A stretch of 64,000 nucleotides of DNA from Chiloscyllium plagiosum (Eukaryota). Where the stretch lies: positions 2,539,679-2,603,678 of the forward strand of contig NC_057759.1 of assembly GCF_004010195.1 (NCBI RefSeq), given 5' to 3'. Positions 62,101 through 64,000 of this stretch are shown here, one piece after another; positions within the stretch are counted from its first letter, which is position 1, and each line of letters opens with the position of its first letter. The position numbers and the translations under genes are program-made. A model generated the notes under the pieces. The model saw only the letters and a list, made by a program, of their open reading frames with translations. It had not been told where the DNA came from and ran no database searches.

Positions 62101-64000
62101 GAGACAGAACAGCAGTGACTGTGTATCTGAGAGAGAACAGCAAAGCCTCTGTATCTGAGAGAGAACAGCAGTTCATTTGTATCTGAGAGAGAACAGCAGT
62201 ACCATGGAAGTAGAAATTCAGTTAACTGGGAAGATGATAAAAGCTAGAATTATTTTCCATGGAGCAGAAAACATTGAGCGCAGATTCAATAGAGATGATC
62301 AGATGCCTGAGAGAGAAAACAACAGTGCCTGAATATCTGAAAGAGAACAGCAGTTCCTTTTCCTCTGAGAAGAACAGCAGTTGTGCAACTGAGAGAGAAC
62401 AACAGCACTTGTGTATCTGAGCGAGAACAGCAATGACTGTGTATCAGAGAGAGAGCAACAGTGCCCGACTATCTGAGAGAGAACAGCAGTGTCTGTGCAG
62501 CTGAGGGAGAACAAAATTGCCTTTAGATATCAGAGAGCAGAGCAGTGCCTGTGTATGTGAGAGAGAGCAGCAGAGCCTTTGTATGTGAGAGAGAATAGCA
62601 ATGTCTCTGCATCAGAAAGAGAACAGCAGTGCATGTATATCTCAGAGAGAATATCACTGCTTGTGTGTCGGAAACCCCAAACAGCAGTGCGCTTGTGTCT
62701 GAGAGAGAACAGCGCTGCCTGTGTATCTGAGAGTGATTAGCAATGCCTCTGTCAGAAAGAGAACAGCAGTGCCTAAGTATCTGAGAGTGAATAGCAGAGC
62801 CTGCGTATCTGAGAGAGAACAGCAGTGTCAGCGTATCTTAGAGAGAACAGCAGTTTTTTCTGTGTCTGAGAGATAACAGCAATGCCTCTGCATCTGGAAG
62901 GGACCAGCAGTGACTGTGTATCAGAAAAAGAACAGCAGTGTAATTGTATCTGAGAGAGAACAGCACTGCCTGTGTATCTGAGAGAGAACAGCGATGCCTC
63001 TGTGTCTGAGACAGAATAGTAGTGCCTGTGCATTTGAGGGAGAACAGCAGTTTCTTTAATCTGAGACAGAACAGCAATGCCTCTGTATCTGAGCGAGGAC
63101 TGAATGCCTTTGTATCTGAAGGAGAACAGCAGTGCCTGCGTGTCAGAGAGAGACGAGCAATGCCTCTGCATCAGAGCGAGAACAGCAGTGCCTGTACACC
63201 GGAGAGGGAACAGCATTGCATTTTTATCTGAAAGAGAACAGCAGTGCCTGTGTCTCTGAGAGAGAATGGCAGTGACTCTGTTTCGAAGAGAGAGCAGCAG
63301 TACCTGCATATCTGAGATAGAACAGCAGTACAATTGTATCTGAGAGAGGAATTCAGTACCTGTGTTGCTGAGATAGAACAGAAGTACAATTGTCTCGGAG
63401 AGAGGAATTCAGTACCTGTGTTGCTGAGAGAGAACAGCAATGCCGTTTTGTCTGAGAGAACTGCAGTGCCTATGTACCTGAGAGAGAACAGCAATACCTC
63501 TGTTTCAGAGCGAGAACAGAAGTACCTTTGTATCTCAGAGAGGACAGCAGTGCTTGTGCATCTGGATGAGACCATCAGTGCCTCTGTGAGAGAGTAAACA
63601 GCAGTGCCTGCATATCTAACAGCGAACAGCAGTGTCTGAGGTTGTGAGAGAGACCGGCAGTTCCATTGTATCTGATAGAGGACAGCAGTGCCTGTGTATC
63701 TGAGAAAGTACAGCAGTGCCAGTGTCTCTGAGAGAGAGAACAGCAGAGCCTTTTTATTAGAGAAAGAACAGCAGTGCCCGTGTTTATGAGCGAAAACAGC
63801 AGTATCCTTCTATCTGAGAGAGAATGGTAGTGACTGTGTAACTGCATGAGAACAGCAGTGCCGTTGTATCTGAGAGAGGACAGCAGTACCTGTGTTTCTG
63901 AGAGAGACCAGCAATGCCTTTGTATCTGAAAGAGAACTGTAGTGCCCGTGTGTCTGTAAGGGACCAGCAGTGCCAATGTATCAGAGAGAGAACTGGAGTG
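53103..64000. repeat. 28-bp satellite array, consensus GAACAGCAGTGCCTGTGTATCTGAGAGA, running off the window end
   Basis: 28-bp periodicity (e.g. 55023, 55051, 55079, 55107) over about 10.9 kb with diverged monomers. Confidence 0.97.

Noticed and set aside
53148..63976. Long Cys/His-rich ORFs (up to 356 aa) suggesting a repeat protein
   Set aside because: They are translations of the 28-bp satellite. The same peptide appears in all three frames, with scattered stops and shifts.
53103..64000. CRISPR-like array (28-bp repeats)
   Set aside because: The monomers are contiguous with no unique spacers, there are no cas genes, and the context is vertebrate.

Overview
Vertebrate genomic DNA, almost certainly from a cartilaginous fish: it carries HE1-type V-SINEs, DeuSINE/SacSINE-like SINEs, HER1/CR1 LINEs and shark-type Penelope terminal repeats. 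The only recognisable host gene is missing from the ORF track. It is a spliced, minus-strand gene (about 23969 to 1971) for a multi-Ig-domain, Fc-receptor-like (FCRL/LITR-type) receptor, with a split leader, at least four C2-type Ig exons and an ITIM-bearing last exon. Every Ig exon carries stops or frameshifts, so it appears to be a pseudogene, and no transmembrane exon could be identified with confidence. The rest is dense transposon debris: CR1 and L2/CR1-group LINEs, SINEs, Penelope-like elements (RT, GIY-YIG, hairpin pLTRs), a decayed Gypsy element, a solo LTR and a Tigger-like MITE. A 319-bp head-to-tail dimer at about 50.1-50.7 kb contains minimal hammerhead-ribozyme motifs and resembles a retrozyme. 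From 53.1 kb to the end is a 28-bp satellite with higher-order structure. Most ORFs in the track are repeat-derived artefacts. Everything here was read by eye, with no database searches.
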